NCBI GenBank assembly: GCA_027925325.1
Contig: AP027133.1
Location: forward strand, 540,001-572,000
Direction of reading: 5' to 3'
Source of the DNA: Candidatus Saccharimonadota bacterium
GTDB lineage: Bacteria > Bacillota_I > Bacilli_A > Mycoplasmatales > Hepatoplasmataceae
Length of the DNA: 32,000 nt
Under the pieces are notes generated by a model. The model saw only the letters and a list, made by a program, of their open reading frames with translations, was not told the DNA's origin and did not search any database. A program made the position numbers and the translations under genes. This document shows, piece by piece, positions 17,385 to 31,861 of this stretch; positions within the stretch are counted from its first letter, which is position 1, and each line of letters opens with the position of its first letter.

Positions 17385-19007
17385 TTAACCCAAGCGAATT
17401 TTTGTTTCTAAATATTTTGAATTATAAATTTGATAATAGTGACGTTTCTTTGTAAAAACAAAATCATCTTCAGATTTAAAAAGATTTAAAATATTATACA
17501 TTCCAAATTGACCAATAAACATCACAATAATTAAAATGATACTTGCAAATACATCAATATATTGAATATTATTTGTTGAAAGTCCGGTTGTCCCATATGC
17601 ACTAGCAGAAACAAATAAAGAATCAATATAACTAACACTTTCATTATCAATTACATTTTCTGAAATATATATTGAAAATGAAGCGAGAAAGACAATTACT
17701 GCTGATAAGATAAAAATTTTATAAGCATCATTTACGTTATCGTTTGCGATTCTACGATTAAAAATCGCAACTTCTTTTTTCTTTCTTATTTTGGCATAAA
17801 TTCCAATAATTAAGATAAATAAAGTTGTTGTTCTAATTCCTCCTGCTGTTGATCCAGGTCCAGAGCCGATAAACATCATTAAAACATAAAGCACTTTTGT
17901 TGCTTCTGAAAGATCAGCGAGATTGATAGTTGAAAATCCAGCATTTCTTGTTGAAAAAGTATTAAAGATTAAAGCATAAGATTTTTCAAGGCCATCCCCA
18001 TATAATTCATTTCTATAAAATGAATTATTTCCATTAATTAAAATATCAAATCCCTCGATCACAAAAACCAATACCAATCCGATTATCGCAACACTAAAAT
18101 AAGAAATAACAGCTATTTTTGTAAAGATTGAAAAACGAAACTTCTGTCCCTTTGCTTTATTTTTTAAATAATTATAGCAATCATAAATTACGGCAAATCC
18201 AATTCCTCCAAATACAAATAAAAAAATTGTTAAAAATTGAATAAAGTAATTTTGATAATAAATAGCAAGTGAATAATCACCGGTAAAAATATCAAAACCG
18301 GCATTATTAATCGATGAACCAGCATGAAATATTCCCGCTCATAAAGATTTTGTAAAATCGCCTTTTAATCCAATCTCGTCAGGCGTCGGAAAATCAGTAT
18401 AAGGATAAATTGATGTGTCTGTTCATTCGCTAGGATATTTTGGATCAACCGAATAAAATAATCCGGCAAAAATTAAACCAAAACAAACCACAAATATGAC
18501 CGTTGAAATAAAGGCCGTCTTCGCTACCTCTAGGGCATGAGCATTTGTCTGTCCGCCTATTTCATTCATAATTTCGCTTTGATCTTTGATCGTAACTTTT
18601 TTCTCAAAGATATATTCAACCAAAATAACTTTAATTGTAAATCAACCAATTCCACCGATCAAAATTAAAATAAAGATAATAAGTTGGCCAAAAAAATTAT
18701 ATGTCGCACTAATATCAACAGTACTTAATCCGGTATCAGAAAAGGCACTTGAAGAGACAAAGAGAGAATTAATAAAACTGACTTTTTCAACATCATCTTG
18801 TTGAAAAATTGGTATATAAAGTAATACTCCTCCGATAATTGAGAAGAAAAGATATCAAATAAGAACAGTTAATATTCCCTTGTTTTTACGAATAAATCTT
18901 TGAAATTTATTTCCCTGATCAAATCTTTTATTACGGACTTGATCTTTTTTGGGAATTAAAATCTCATTATGATTAATTTTACTTTTTCGATAAAAAAGTG
19001 TTTCCAT
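17385..19007 (-). CDS. ktrB: Trk/Ktr-family K+ transporter membrane subunit (KtrB/TrkH), 540 aa
   Basis: ORF fragments 17385-18077 and 18423-18623 are in the same frame, and the gaps were codon-checked. Four pore-loop motifs each carry the filter Gly: SAFSDTGLSTV, SSINNAGFDIF, STRNAGFSTIN and SAYGTTGLSTN. ATG at 19007, TAA at 17385-17387. Confidence 0.9.
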
Positions 19008-19008
19008 A

Positions 19009-21063
<2,055 letters not shown>

Positions 21064-21070
21064 AATAAAC

Positions 21071-22675
21071 TTATATTTTTATATATGTACTTATTCTATC
21101 ATTTTGTCTAAAATTATAATTTGTTAAAAATTTCGCAAAAAAAAGTAAAAATGCAAATAAATAAACAAGTAAAATAATATCTATTTGTAAAATCGGTAAA
21201 TTAAAAAAAATAAGTCAAATTGGAAGCGAAAACATATTAAAAAGTAATAAAAAGAAAAGAGCAAAAAATAAAAAATAATTATTAAATTTTTGATATCTTT
21301 GCTCTTTTTTTTGAAAATAGAATCTTAAAAAAATAAATAAATTAATTGTTGTAAGAATAATATAAAAAGGAATTGAAAAGTAAATTACATGAAAAATATT
21401 TTCTTTTCAAAAAATCGAATTATTAAAAATAGAATTTAATATCGTAAAGTAATCATCAATCGAAAGAGAAAAGGCGATTATAAATAATAATCCTATTCCC
21501 ATAAGTAAGATAAAAGTTATGTTTTTTTGATTTTCCTTTACCAAAATTTCAAATTTATAGATTTGCTTTTGATTCTTGCTTAAATAAATAAAAGTAAGCG
21601 GAAGAAAAACGACAAGACCAGAAAAGGCAACAAAAATTATTAGATAAAAAATATTAATTGCATAAAAATAAAAACTTCCCTCTATAAATAAAATTAAAAG
21701 AAAATAATAAATTGTTGTAAAAATATTCTCTTTTTGATAAATTAAATAAAAAACAATTGAAAAACCGATTGTAATTGTAAAGATAAGAGAATAGTAAGTA
21801 AAACTATAAAATAATAAAGTTATAAAAATAATAAAGTAAATATAACTATTATCTTTATAGTAATTATCAGCATATCTTAAAAAAATTATGATAATCGCAA
21901 ATAAATAATAAAAACCATAAAATTTTTCGGAAATAACATTTTGATAACCAAATACAAAAAGTAAAGCTGTTCCGAATAATAAAAATAATAAATTACTTTT
22001 TCAATTATTTTTTTCAAGAATAAAACCTTTAAGTAAAAAAAGAATTATTATAAAATAAAGCGCAGGAACAAAATATTTTACAATTAATTCAAAATCAATA
22101 TTAAGCGAATTTGTTGTAACAAGCAATCAATAATAATTAGATTGAAAAATAGTGTAATAATCAAGATCATTATTAAATGGTTTAAATAATTCTGTATTTG
22201 CATCATTTAAATAAATATTATTTAAAGTTAAGTAATTTAAATCACTACTATAATCATTAAATCAATTTAAATTGTTTTCACAAATTGTAAAAAGATAGAT
22301 AAAAATTACTGATGTTGCAAAAATAAAGGCAAAATTTAATAATGAATAATAATTTAATTTAAAATTTTTAAATCCCCAAATTCGATAAGAAATTAAAATA
22401 TAAATAATCAAGAAAATATCAATAATATCGGTAAAATAACTAATATAATTAAGGTTATAATTTAAGATAATAATAATCGCATAACAAAAAAAAGTAAGTA
22501 TTTGATAAGAGACAAAACCTATAAACGGAGCAAAATAATTATTATTATCTTCAATCTTAAATTTATTAAGAATAATTTTACCCAATCCATAAAAAATAAA
22601 TAATGATAAGAAAAAAGCACTAACCAATTTAAGAGCAATAAAATCTTCTTGAAAAATTATCCCAATTAAAAACAT
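21071..22675 (-). CDS. large polytopic integral membrane protein, 534 aa, function unknown
   Basis: ATG at 22675. All 534 codons were checked in frame (TGA=Trp; first TAA at 21071-21073, 7 nt before the ligA start). It has at least 12 hydrophobic segments rich in F/I/L/Y. No catalytic motif recognised. Confidence 0.8.
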
Positions 22676-22804
22676 ATAAGAATTATATATTATCTATTTT
22701 AGATAAGATTATATTTTGTTTATTTTATATCAATATAAAATAACTAAAAACTTAATAATGATATAATTTTATTGTCTGTAAAAAGGAATAGGAGATAATA
22801 AATA

Positions 22805-23413
22805 ATGGAGTATAAAAGGATTGAATTACCATTTAAATATGAATATCTAGAACCCTACATCGATCGAAGAACAATACAGTTACATTATGAAAATCATCAT
22901 GCAGGATACGAAAGAAATTTAATTGCTAAAATTAAAAATGTTGGATTTGAAAAAAGATATCCAACATTAGAAGATTTAATGCGTAATTACCAAAAAATTG
23001 AAAATCCTGAAGTAAGAATTGCTGTTCGTGAATTTGGGGGAGGATTAATAAATCATAATTTCTTATGAACTATTTTAAAACCTAACATTGAATTAAAAGA
23101 TGGTAATTTAAAGAGAGCTATCGAAAGAGAATGAGGAAGTTTTGCAAAATTCAAAGAAGAATTTACACGTGAAGTTAAAAATCTTTTTGGATCTGGTTGA
23201 GTTTGACTGGTAAAAAGAAAAAATGGTTCACTTAAAATCATTAAAACTTTTAATCAAGATAATCCATGATTTTTAAAATTTACACCGATAATTGCAATTG
23301 ATCTTTGAGAGCATTCTTATTATTTAAAATACAATAGTGATCGAATGGGATATTTAGAAAATTATTGAAATATTATAAATTGAGATCAAGCAGAAGAGTG
23401 CTACAATTCTTAG
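22805..23413 (+). CDS. sodA: Fe/Mn superoxide dismutase, 202 aa
   Basis: AGGAGA RBS. Motifs: LPFKYEYLEPYIDRRTIQLHYENHHAGY (His ligand 1), GGGLINHNFLW (His ligand 2), and IAIDLWEHSYYLKY (Asp and His ligands in the D-x-W-E-H motif, with the invariant Trp encoded by TGA at 23306-23308). Stop TAG at 23411-23413. Confidence 0.95.
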
Positions 23414-23416
23414 GAT

Positions 23417-23447
23417 AAAAAAAACACCGGTCTAGGACCGGTTTTTT
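23417..23447. terminator. bidirectional rho-independent terminator after sodA, facing the phosphohexomutase gene
   Basis: Stem CCGGTC (23427-23432) pairs with GACCGG (23436-23441). An A8 run lies upstream and a T6 run downstream. Confidence 0.85.
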
Positions 23448-23536
23448 ATTTATTCTCAACAGTTATTATAACAATTTATATTCAAAATTAAAATATTTAT
23501 TTATTTTAATTTATTTTTAAAACAAATTAATTCTTG

Positions 23537-25186
23537 TTAAAATTTATAATCAACAAAATATTTATGTAATAAGCGATAATTATTAATCGCTTTTTTACTA
23601 TCGCTATCAAAAATATTAAAATATATTCTTAAAATCGGTTCAGTTCCAGATGGACGCAAGCAAATAAAACTATAATCATTAAAATAAATAAATATGATAT
23701 TTTGTTTTGCAAAATATTTGTTATCTTTTCGCATATCGATTATCTTAGTAATTTTTAAACCTGCCAATTGATTATTTTTTCTATCAATAAATTTATCTAA
23801 AAATTTATTAATATCAAAATTTTTATTTAATTTGTGCATCGTTTGTTTCATCACAAAATATCCATATTTTGCTTGTAAAGATTTAAGAACATCAACAAGA
23901 TCTAAATTTTTTGCTTGATAATATTTAACCATTTCTAGTAATAATATTAAATTTTGAAAAGAATCTTTATCTTTAGTCATCATATTGATTGTTGACCCAT
24001 TTGATTCTTCTCATACATATAAACATTTATTTTTTTGATCTTGATGTAACTTTACAACTGCAAATAATTCTTTAAAACCAGTAAGTGATTCGTAAATTTT
24101 TACTTTTTTATCTTTTAAAATAAAATCAGCAAAATTTGAAGTAACAATCGATCTTACAACAAAATAATTATTATTCTCTAAATCAGCTCTTTCTAAAAGA
24201 TAATTTAAAGAAAGAACAGCAATCTCATTTCCGGAGAAAACTTTTCAGTGCCCATTTTTGCGATAACAAACACCAAAACGATCACCATCAGGATCTGTTG
24301 CAAAAATTAAATTAACATTATTTTTATTACTTTCTTTAATTGCAAGATTAAATGAAGATTTTATTTGTGGATTTGGGATCTTTGAATTTGTAAAATTAGG
24401 ATCAGGATCTTTTTGCTTATCAACAAGATAAAAATCTACTTTCATCTTCTGTAAAATTTTTTCAGCAATTTTTAAGCTTGCGCCATGATGATTTGTAAAA
24501 GTAAGTTTTATATCATTATAATTAGCAAAATGATTATCAAATCCGATTTCATTTAATAATCTATTGATATAAAATTGATAATATTTTTTATCTAAAAAAA
24601 TTAGATCATTATTACTTTCATCTAAATTAAAATCATAATTTTCTCGTTCTAAAAAATAATTAATTTTATCGATCATCTTTTGATCAATCTGTTTTCCAAT
24701 TTTATCATAAAATTTCATTCCACTATATTCAGGTGGATTATGTGAAGCTGTAAGATTTATTCCGCCTATGAAAGAATAATTTGCAATTAAAAACGAAAGA
24801 AAAGGCGTCGTTTCAATTTCATTATTATAAGGAAGATATGCTTTTACACCCATCTTTTTGGCAACATTAAAAATAATTGTTGAAAAATATTTATTATCCT
24901 TACGATTATCTTTAAAAATTAAAATTCCATTTTGCTTTACTGCTTTTTCACCATAGATTGCAAATAAAGCTAATATATATCCTTTAGTATATCTTGCAAT
25001 TACATACTTATTTATTAAAGATGGTCCAAATCCTCGTTTTGCCCTAACTCCAGCCGTTCCAAAACTAAGTTTATAACAAAATCCTTCATTAATTTTTTTT
25101 GCTGATAAATTTTTTAAACTTAATTTCTCTTCTAAAGATATGTTTTGTATTCAATTAATATATTCTCTGTTTATTTCTTTAGCCAT
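23537..25186 (-). CDS. alpha-D-phosphohexomutase (phosphoglucomutase/phosphomannomutase), 549 aa
   Basis: Fragments 23537-23983 and 24245-24853 are in the same frame and the gap was codon-checked. Motifs: FGTAGVRA, phosphoserine loop TASHNPPEYSGMKFY, metal loop FATDPDGDRFGV, sugar-binding WEESNGS, and phosphate-binding RPSGTEPILRIY. Confidence 0.9.
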
Positions 25187-25226
25187 ATGAATTAATATAT
25201 TTTTAAAATTATAAAATATAGATAAA

Positions 25227-25925
25227 TTAAATAATCTTTTTTATCTTTTTATAATCAATCATCCTGTTTTTAAAATTTAAATTAGTTCTTTGATAAATTA
25301 AAAAATAACGATCATTTTGATTATTTAATTGATCATGATATATTTCTTTTAATTTTACTCCTCTTTTTTTCAAAAAATTATTATCAGTCATTTTTAATTC
25401 TTGCAAATAATTTTTCCCTTTATAAAAAACGCTTAAACCATTTTTTCTGAGTAAAAAAGTACTTATTTCTAAAAGCAAAGCAACTTTTGCAACAGCTCTT
25501 ACTAAAATTAAATCTATTTTTTCTTCTCATTCCTTAAGATTTTCAATTCGCTTATTAATTACTTTAATATTATTTAGTTTTAATTTCTCAATAATATAAT
25601 TTAATCAATCTGTTTTTTTACGTACTGAATCAACTAAAATAAAATTTATTTGATCATAAATAAGCGCAAGTAATAATCCCGGAAATCCGCCCCCAGTTCC
25701 AATATCTAAAATTATTTTCTGTTCTTTAATAATTTCAAACTTCAAAATTAAAAGTGAATCATAAATATTTTTATCAAGAAATTGCTGATAATCTTTTATC
25801 GCCGTAAGATTAACTTTTTGATTATAAATAAAAAATTCTTCTACAAAAATAAAAATTTTTTCCTTTTGTTTTGCATTTAAATCAAATTTGTCTAATAAAT
25901 TAAAAAGTAATTCTTTTTTATTCAT
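25227..25925 (-). CDS. rsmG: 16S rRNA (guanine527-N7)-methyltransferase RsmG (GidB), 232 aa
   Basis: Fragments 25227-25478 and 25605-25925 are in the same frame and the gap was codon-checked. It has the SAM motif ILDIGTGGGFPGLLLAL and the typical N-terminal ...FIYNQKVNLTAI. Confidence 0.9.
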
Positions 25926-25927
25926 AT

Positions 25928-27601
25928 TTATTTACTATAAATATCTCAATCCGGTATTCATGGATATAAAAGATAAAGCCCTTCCGTAACAGGATTACTG
26001 TATTGATCAGAAAAAGTATTCGATGATTTTTCAATCATAATATTGCCACTTTGATCAACCGGTTGTTCTAAAATTGCATATGAAACAAAATCAAAAAAAT
26101 CGTAATCGCTTGAATCGGGATTAAACTCTTCAAATAAGATTGAAAAGGCATCATTTAATGATTCTGAATCGACAAAATTAAGTCCATCATTTTGATAATC
26201 ACCGACAAAAATAGAACCATAAATTAATGGATCTTGATCGGTGTAATAATAACTAGAATCTACATCATCAACATAAAATAAATCAGAACTTGGATCTGCG
26301 ATTGATTGATCGATTTCATCTTCTGTTTTAGCTGATAAATCACTATCGGTATAATCTGGATTATTTTCTTGTCATCCCCCTTCTTCTTTGCTTTTAGAAA
26401 CATCATCATAATATTTTTGCTCTAATTCTTCATTTTTAACATCATAATCAGGATTTGTTAAAAAATCTTGATCTTGATTATAAGTTAAAATAAATTTATC
26501 AATATATCATAAACCGATATTTGTCGCCTCTTGGATATTTTTAGTAGCAGAACCTAAAACCGAATCATCTGAACCAGGAAATTGTTGTGTTATATCTACA
26601 TCAACGCCAATTACCTTATATTGATTATTATTATTAGTTTGATTTTCTTTTTCAACAAGTGTAACCGTATCAACGGTTTGCCCACCATTCACAGGAAAAA
26701 TTACCTTTGTCTGTTTATCAATTAAACGTGTTGTAATCGTTCTCCCATCACCGACATTAAACGAACCGGAATATCAATCAGCTGTTTTTTGTTGTGAAGT
26801 ATTTTTTGTGTAATCCGGTTCTTCACCATATTGATTTATCAAGTGAACATAATCAGAAGAATATGATGAATCATAAAGATAAGCATCTTGATTTGTCTTA
26901 TTATGCTCTAAATCATATCCCAATATCTGATAATTAAATCAATTAATCGCTTGTTCATAACCTGACATAAAATCAAAAACAGTTGAAAATTGCAATCCAC
27001 CATAAGTTGAAACATTATTTTGTTCATTATCATCTAATGCTGTAATATAAACAGCAGCAGCAAGACCGGCAATAAATCCCGCTTGTTCGCTTGCAAAACG
27101 AAATGAAATTGCATTTCGCGCGATCCTTGCATCATAATTTGCATCATCAATAATTAAAAATCAATCATCTTTATATTTTGAATTAAACAAAACACCATCA
27201 TCATCACGGGTTGAATTACTATAATTACTCGTTCCTAAAATTGCATCTAATACATTATATCCAGCACAAGCGATTATTTCTGCGCCATTATCATAACTAT
27301 AGGTAATATTTTTACGATATTCGGTTGTATTGTCAATTTCATTTGGAACAACTTCACCGATCGGTTCATCAAAATCTTCACCATATTGAATTGTTGCTTC
27401 AATTAAATTTTGATTAAACCCACGATCATTTTTAGCCGGTGAATTTGGCATCACCATTATTCTTTGAAATCCTGATTTAAGACCGGTATTATAATCAATA
27501 AAAAAAGCTGCGAAAAAAAGCACAAGAACAAGAATTAAAACAATTGCAATACTAATAATTGAAATAAAAGTCTTTCGATACTGAGAAATTATTTTTTTCA
27601 T
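25928..27601 (-). CDS. BMP-family (PnrA/Med-like, nucleoside-type) ABC substrate-binding protein, 557 aa, with N-terminal TM anchor and a long acidic C-terminal extension
   Basis: Fragments 26507-26692 and 27161-27601 are in the same frame and all gaps were codon-checked. N-terminal anchor FISIISIAIVLILVLVLFFAAFFI has no lipobox Cys. BMP-like blocks: GFNQN, FRFASEQAGFIAGLAAAVY, TYGGLQF..VFDFMSGYEQAI, VIGVDVDITQQ. The last ~190 aa are D/E/Y-rich. TAA at 25928-25930. Confidence 0.8.
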
Positions 27602-27607
27602 AAACTA

Positions 27608-28513
27608 CTACCGCATATCCTTTTTAAATGGCTTGCCAGAACTTGATGGTCCATTTGTTTTACTTTTAAAAATAACAAGAACAATCAAAGGTAAAATAAA
27701 TGGAATTGTATGGGCAAGTTCTGATGAAATTCCTAAATTAACTTCTGATACGATCGCAACAAGAATTGAAAAAAGAATTGAAAAAGAGGTAATACCGATA
27801 ATTGTTCATTGCCCTAAAATTAAAATTGCAAGCGATAAAAATCCTGATCCATTTACCGTTCCTGAAAATGAATCAAGATTTGCAACAAAAATCGCTCCTG
27901 CCATTCCCGATAAAAATCCTGCTGTCATCACTGAAAATCATCTTGTCTTTTTTACTGAAATTCCTGCAGTTTCTAACGCATAAGGATTTTCTCCTGCTGC
28001 CTTTAATCTTAAACCATAATTTGTTTTATGAAGAAAAAAGGTAAAAAATAATAAAATTAAAATCGTAACTATCGTCATAATAATGACAAATGAATCGACA
28101 TTTCCCGATCAATTACTAGAATGACCGATATCACTAATTGTTTCTCCCCCGTTTGGAATTGCATACATTACAAGCAAAGCAAAAGCAGGAGCAATCATAT
28201 TTAAAGCCGTTCCTGTAATAACATTATCCGCAAGTAAATTAATTGTAAAATAACAAAGTAATGTCGCATAAAGCATTGAAAATAAACCAGCAAAAAAGAG
28301 CGCAAGGTAAGAACTAAATCAATCTAAATTTTCCTCGAATCCATTTATCTGGAAAAATAATGTAAAAATAAGTCCACCCATAATCATTTTTCCATCAAGA
28401 GCGATATTAACAACACCTGATTTTTCTGATAATAAACCAGCCAATGAACCTAATGAATAAATTGAAAAAAAAGCTAATAATTCAGTAAGAAATAAGGCAA
28501 ATGAACTATTCAT
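27608..28513 (-). CDS. ABC transporter permease (BMP/nucleoside-type, second permease), 301 aa
   Basis: ATG at 28513 follows GGAGAG and overlaps the upstream permease stop by 8 nt. The protein is polytopic (LAGLLSEKSGVVNIALDGKMIMGG, typical of this permease family). TGA=Trp. Stop TAG at 27608-27610. Confidence 0.85.
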
Positions 28514-29831
28514 TATTCTCTCCTTTTTTATTATTGTGATGTTTTTTATGCTTTTTGCTATTTTTCATTTTTAAATATTGTTGTTTGTAAACGGTATCGG
28601 CTTTTTTTCCTTTTTCAAGAGCGATAATTTTATATTCTTGTTCTTTTTTCTTTTCACTTTCGCCAAAATTATCTCTTGAATTATCAGCATTTAAACTATT
28701 AATTGTGGAGGAAGTAAAATTTTTTTCATCTTTCCTTTTAACCCAATTAATAATCTTTGTTTGCGGAGAATAAATTAAAAAGTAATTTGCACCAGAAATA
28801 AACAAAACGATAATTCCCATAATAAAATCAACGATATTTTGATCACTATAAACATCTAGATAGATTTTAGCATTTTCAAAAAGAGAGATAAAGATTGCCC
28901 CAAATACAGCTCCAATTGGGCTGTTAAAACCAATTAAAGCGATTGTAATACCATTGAAAGGTTCTAATGGTAGATCATTTCCAACAACAGGAAGGGTTTG
29001 ATTTGTTCCTAAATAAAATGTTGCTCCAGCTAGACCAGAAAGAGCACCAGAAAGCGCCATCGCTTTATAAATCTCTTTTTTATAATTTATCCCTGAATAT
29101 AAACTAATATTTTCTGAACTTGCTATAATTCCTTGTTTGATTCCAAATGATGTTTTAGCATAAAGAAATCAGATGATCGGAACAATTATCACAAGTAAAA
29201 TAATCCCAATATTTATCGATGATTCTGGAAATAATGAAGTTAATCAATCAAATCTTAGTGAATTTGATGGATCTATATTCATCGGTACGGTCCCACCATT
29301 AAATAAATAAGGGGCATTTACGGGATTACGAAAATAGCGATAAATTCAAAAAACAATTCAATTAAGCATAATTGATGAGACAACAACATTTATGTTATAT
29401 CTATTTTTTAAAAAAGCAATTAATAAAGCGATAAAAATTCCTGTCGCAACCGGAATTAAAATTGAAAATAAAACACCAATTCTTCCCGGTCAAACAACAA
29501 GAGCGGCAAATAAATATCCGAATAAACCACCTGCTACCATCTGCGCAAAAATACCGATATTAAAGATCTTAGCACGAAAAGCAACCAGAGCTCCCAAGCC
29601 GATAAAAGTCATTCAAGTAAAAACAGATAAAAAATTACCAAATTCTTTTAAACTTGTAAAATTACCTTCTCAAGTTGCAGTAAATAAAGTAAAGGGATTA
29701 TAACCAAAAATAGCGATTATTAACATTCCAATATAAAGCCCGATTAAAATTATTATTAAAGAAATAATTAATTTTTGATTAAAATGAAATTTTCGTTTTT
29801 TATTTTTATTTACATGTTTTTTTGTCGCCAT
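28506..29831 (-). CDS. ABC transporter permease (BMP/nucleoside-type, first permease), 441 aa, with a ~80-aa charged C-terminal tail
   Basis: ATG at 29831 (MATKKHVNKNKKRKF...). Polytopic. The ORF-track fragment 28506-29060 is its C-terminal part (MALSGALSGLAGATFYLG...). The tail ...RKDEKNF...KKHKKHHNNKKGENNE follows. Stop TAG at 28506-28508. Confidence 0.85.
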
Positions 29832-29848
29832 CTATCTATCCTTATTTA

Positions 29849-31861
29849 CTAAACTTCACCAACAAACATCTTTGAAATTTTTTCTGATGCAAATTTTTTC
29901 GGATTAATTATTTTTACAATTCGACCTTTATATAAAATTGCAATTCGATCACAAACAGCCATAAGCTCACTTATTTCGAGTGAATAAAGTAAAGTCGCTT
30001 TAAATGGAGCATTATTAATTATTTCTGTATAAATATTTTTGATTGATTTTATGTCTAATCCTCGCGTTGGATGACCGGCTAAGAGCAATTTATGCTCACG
30101 CGAAATTTCCCGCGAAATTACAAATTTTTGCTGATTGCCACCTGACAAATTTCTTATCTCAATATTATAATTACTAGCACCCTCTACATTCATTTTCTTA
30201 ATTAATTTTTCTGTTCATCGATAAATTTCTTTATTATCAACAACTAAATTTTTTCCCTCTTTTTGATTTGTTTTTTTCGGAAAATAAATTTTTGCGAATC
30301 TTTGATCATTGAAACTAGTAATTATTGAATTAAAGGCTAAATTTCGATCAGCAATAATTCCATGCTTAAATCGATCAATTGGAATATGACTAATAAATTT
30401 ATTTTTATCTTTAATTTTAGAATTACTAATATCTCTATCTTCAAACAAAATTTTTGATTCTTTTGTTGCTTTTTTGATTCCGGCAATACAATTAAAAATT
30501 TCCTCTTGACCATTTCCTTCAATTCCAGCAAGACCAAAAATCTCTCCTTCTTTAACATCAAAAGAAACATTGTCAACCGCTTTAAATCCTTTTTTTGTAA
30601 TATAACTTAAATTTTTAACCTCAAGCAATTTTTTTGTAGAAGGACTTTCTTTCTTAAAATCTAATGTTATCTTTGTTCCTACCATTATTTTGGCAATATG
30701 ATCAATCGTAACATCTGCTGTATTTTTGTAATTAGCAATTAAATTACCTTTATTCAATACAGCAATATTATCAGCGATTTCTTTTACTTCATGTAATTTA
30801 TGTGAAATAAATAATATTGTTTTATTTGCATCCCTTAATTTTTTGATTAATTGTAAAAGAGAAGAAATTTCATCAACCGATAAAGTTGCAGTTGCTTCGT
30901 CAAAAATAATTACATCTTTTTCTACTCAAAGTGTTTTTAATATCTCGACTTTTTGTCGATCACCAACATTTAATTTTGAGACCAATTGATCAGGATTTAA
31001 ATTAATCCCATAACGATTTGTGATTGCATCAAAACGATTACGATATTTTTTATAATTTAAAATTCCATATTTTGTTGAATTTCTTGTATTTAAATCAACC
31101 TTTAAGAAATCTAGTTCTTTTCTTATCTCTTCTAGTTTTTGTGTATTTTTTGTAAGATATTTTTTAAAATCTATTTTTAATTGCGAAATTTGTGAATTAA
31201 ATTTTTCCGATTTTTTTTCTAAATTTAAAATTTCTTTTTTTAATTTAGAAATTTTTTGTTCTTTTTTTAAAATATTTAATTTGTAAAATATAAGATTACT
31301 ATTTGTTAGTTTTTTTAATTTTTGTTCTAATTTATTAATTTCTAATTTATTATGATATCTTGCAAAACGTTTTTTTCTTAGTTCTAATTCAATATCATAA
31401 TATTTTTCAAATTTTTCTTTTTCTTTTGTATTTTTTGAAAAATTATTATATTTATTTTCTAATTCAAATATTTTTTGCTTTAAAGCATCTTTATCATCAT
31501 TTGAAACAAAAAGATCCTCTTGTCCCAAGATAATATTTTCAAGAACTGTGAATTTTTCAACCAAATGAAAATGTTGATGAACCATTCCAATTTGATGTTT
31601 TTTAGCAGCTCCTGATTGATACATATCAGAAATTTTTCCATCTATTTTAATTTCACCAAAATCTTGTTTATATAAACCAAATAATATCGAAGTAAGCGTA
31701 GATTTGCCTGAACCATTTTCTCCTACAAGTGCGGTGACTTTTGCCCCTTCAATTCCAAGATTAATGTTATTGTTCGCAACAATCTTTCCATTTAAAAATT
31801 TCTTAGTAATATTTATAAATTCTAGTTTATAAATAGGATTAGAGTTTTTTTTATTTGACAT
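29849..31861 (-). CDS. ABC transporter ATP-binding protein with two fused NBDs (nucleoside/sugar type), 670 aa, carrying a ~125-150-aa coiled-coil insertion in NBD1
   Basis: Three fragments are in one frame and the junctions were codon-checked. NBD1: Walker A GENGSGKST, Q-loop MVHQHF, signature-like LNVGDRQKVEILKTLW, Walker B VIIFDEATA. NBD2: GIEGNGQEE, LSGGNQQKFVISREI, LLLAGHPTRGLD. Stop TAG at 29849-29851. Confidence 0.9.

Noticed and set aside
27633-28044. Plus-strand ORFs 27633..27983 and 27802..28044
   Set aside because: They are antisense to the well-supported permease gene (27608..28513). They are shadow frames of a hydrophobic protein gene with no RBS.
29392-29703. Plus-strand ORF 29392..29703 (103 aa)
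   Set aside because: It is antisense to permease 1 (28506..29831) and is a shadow ORF.
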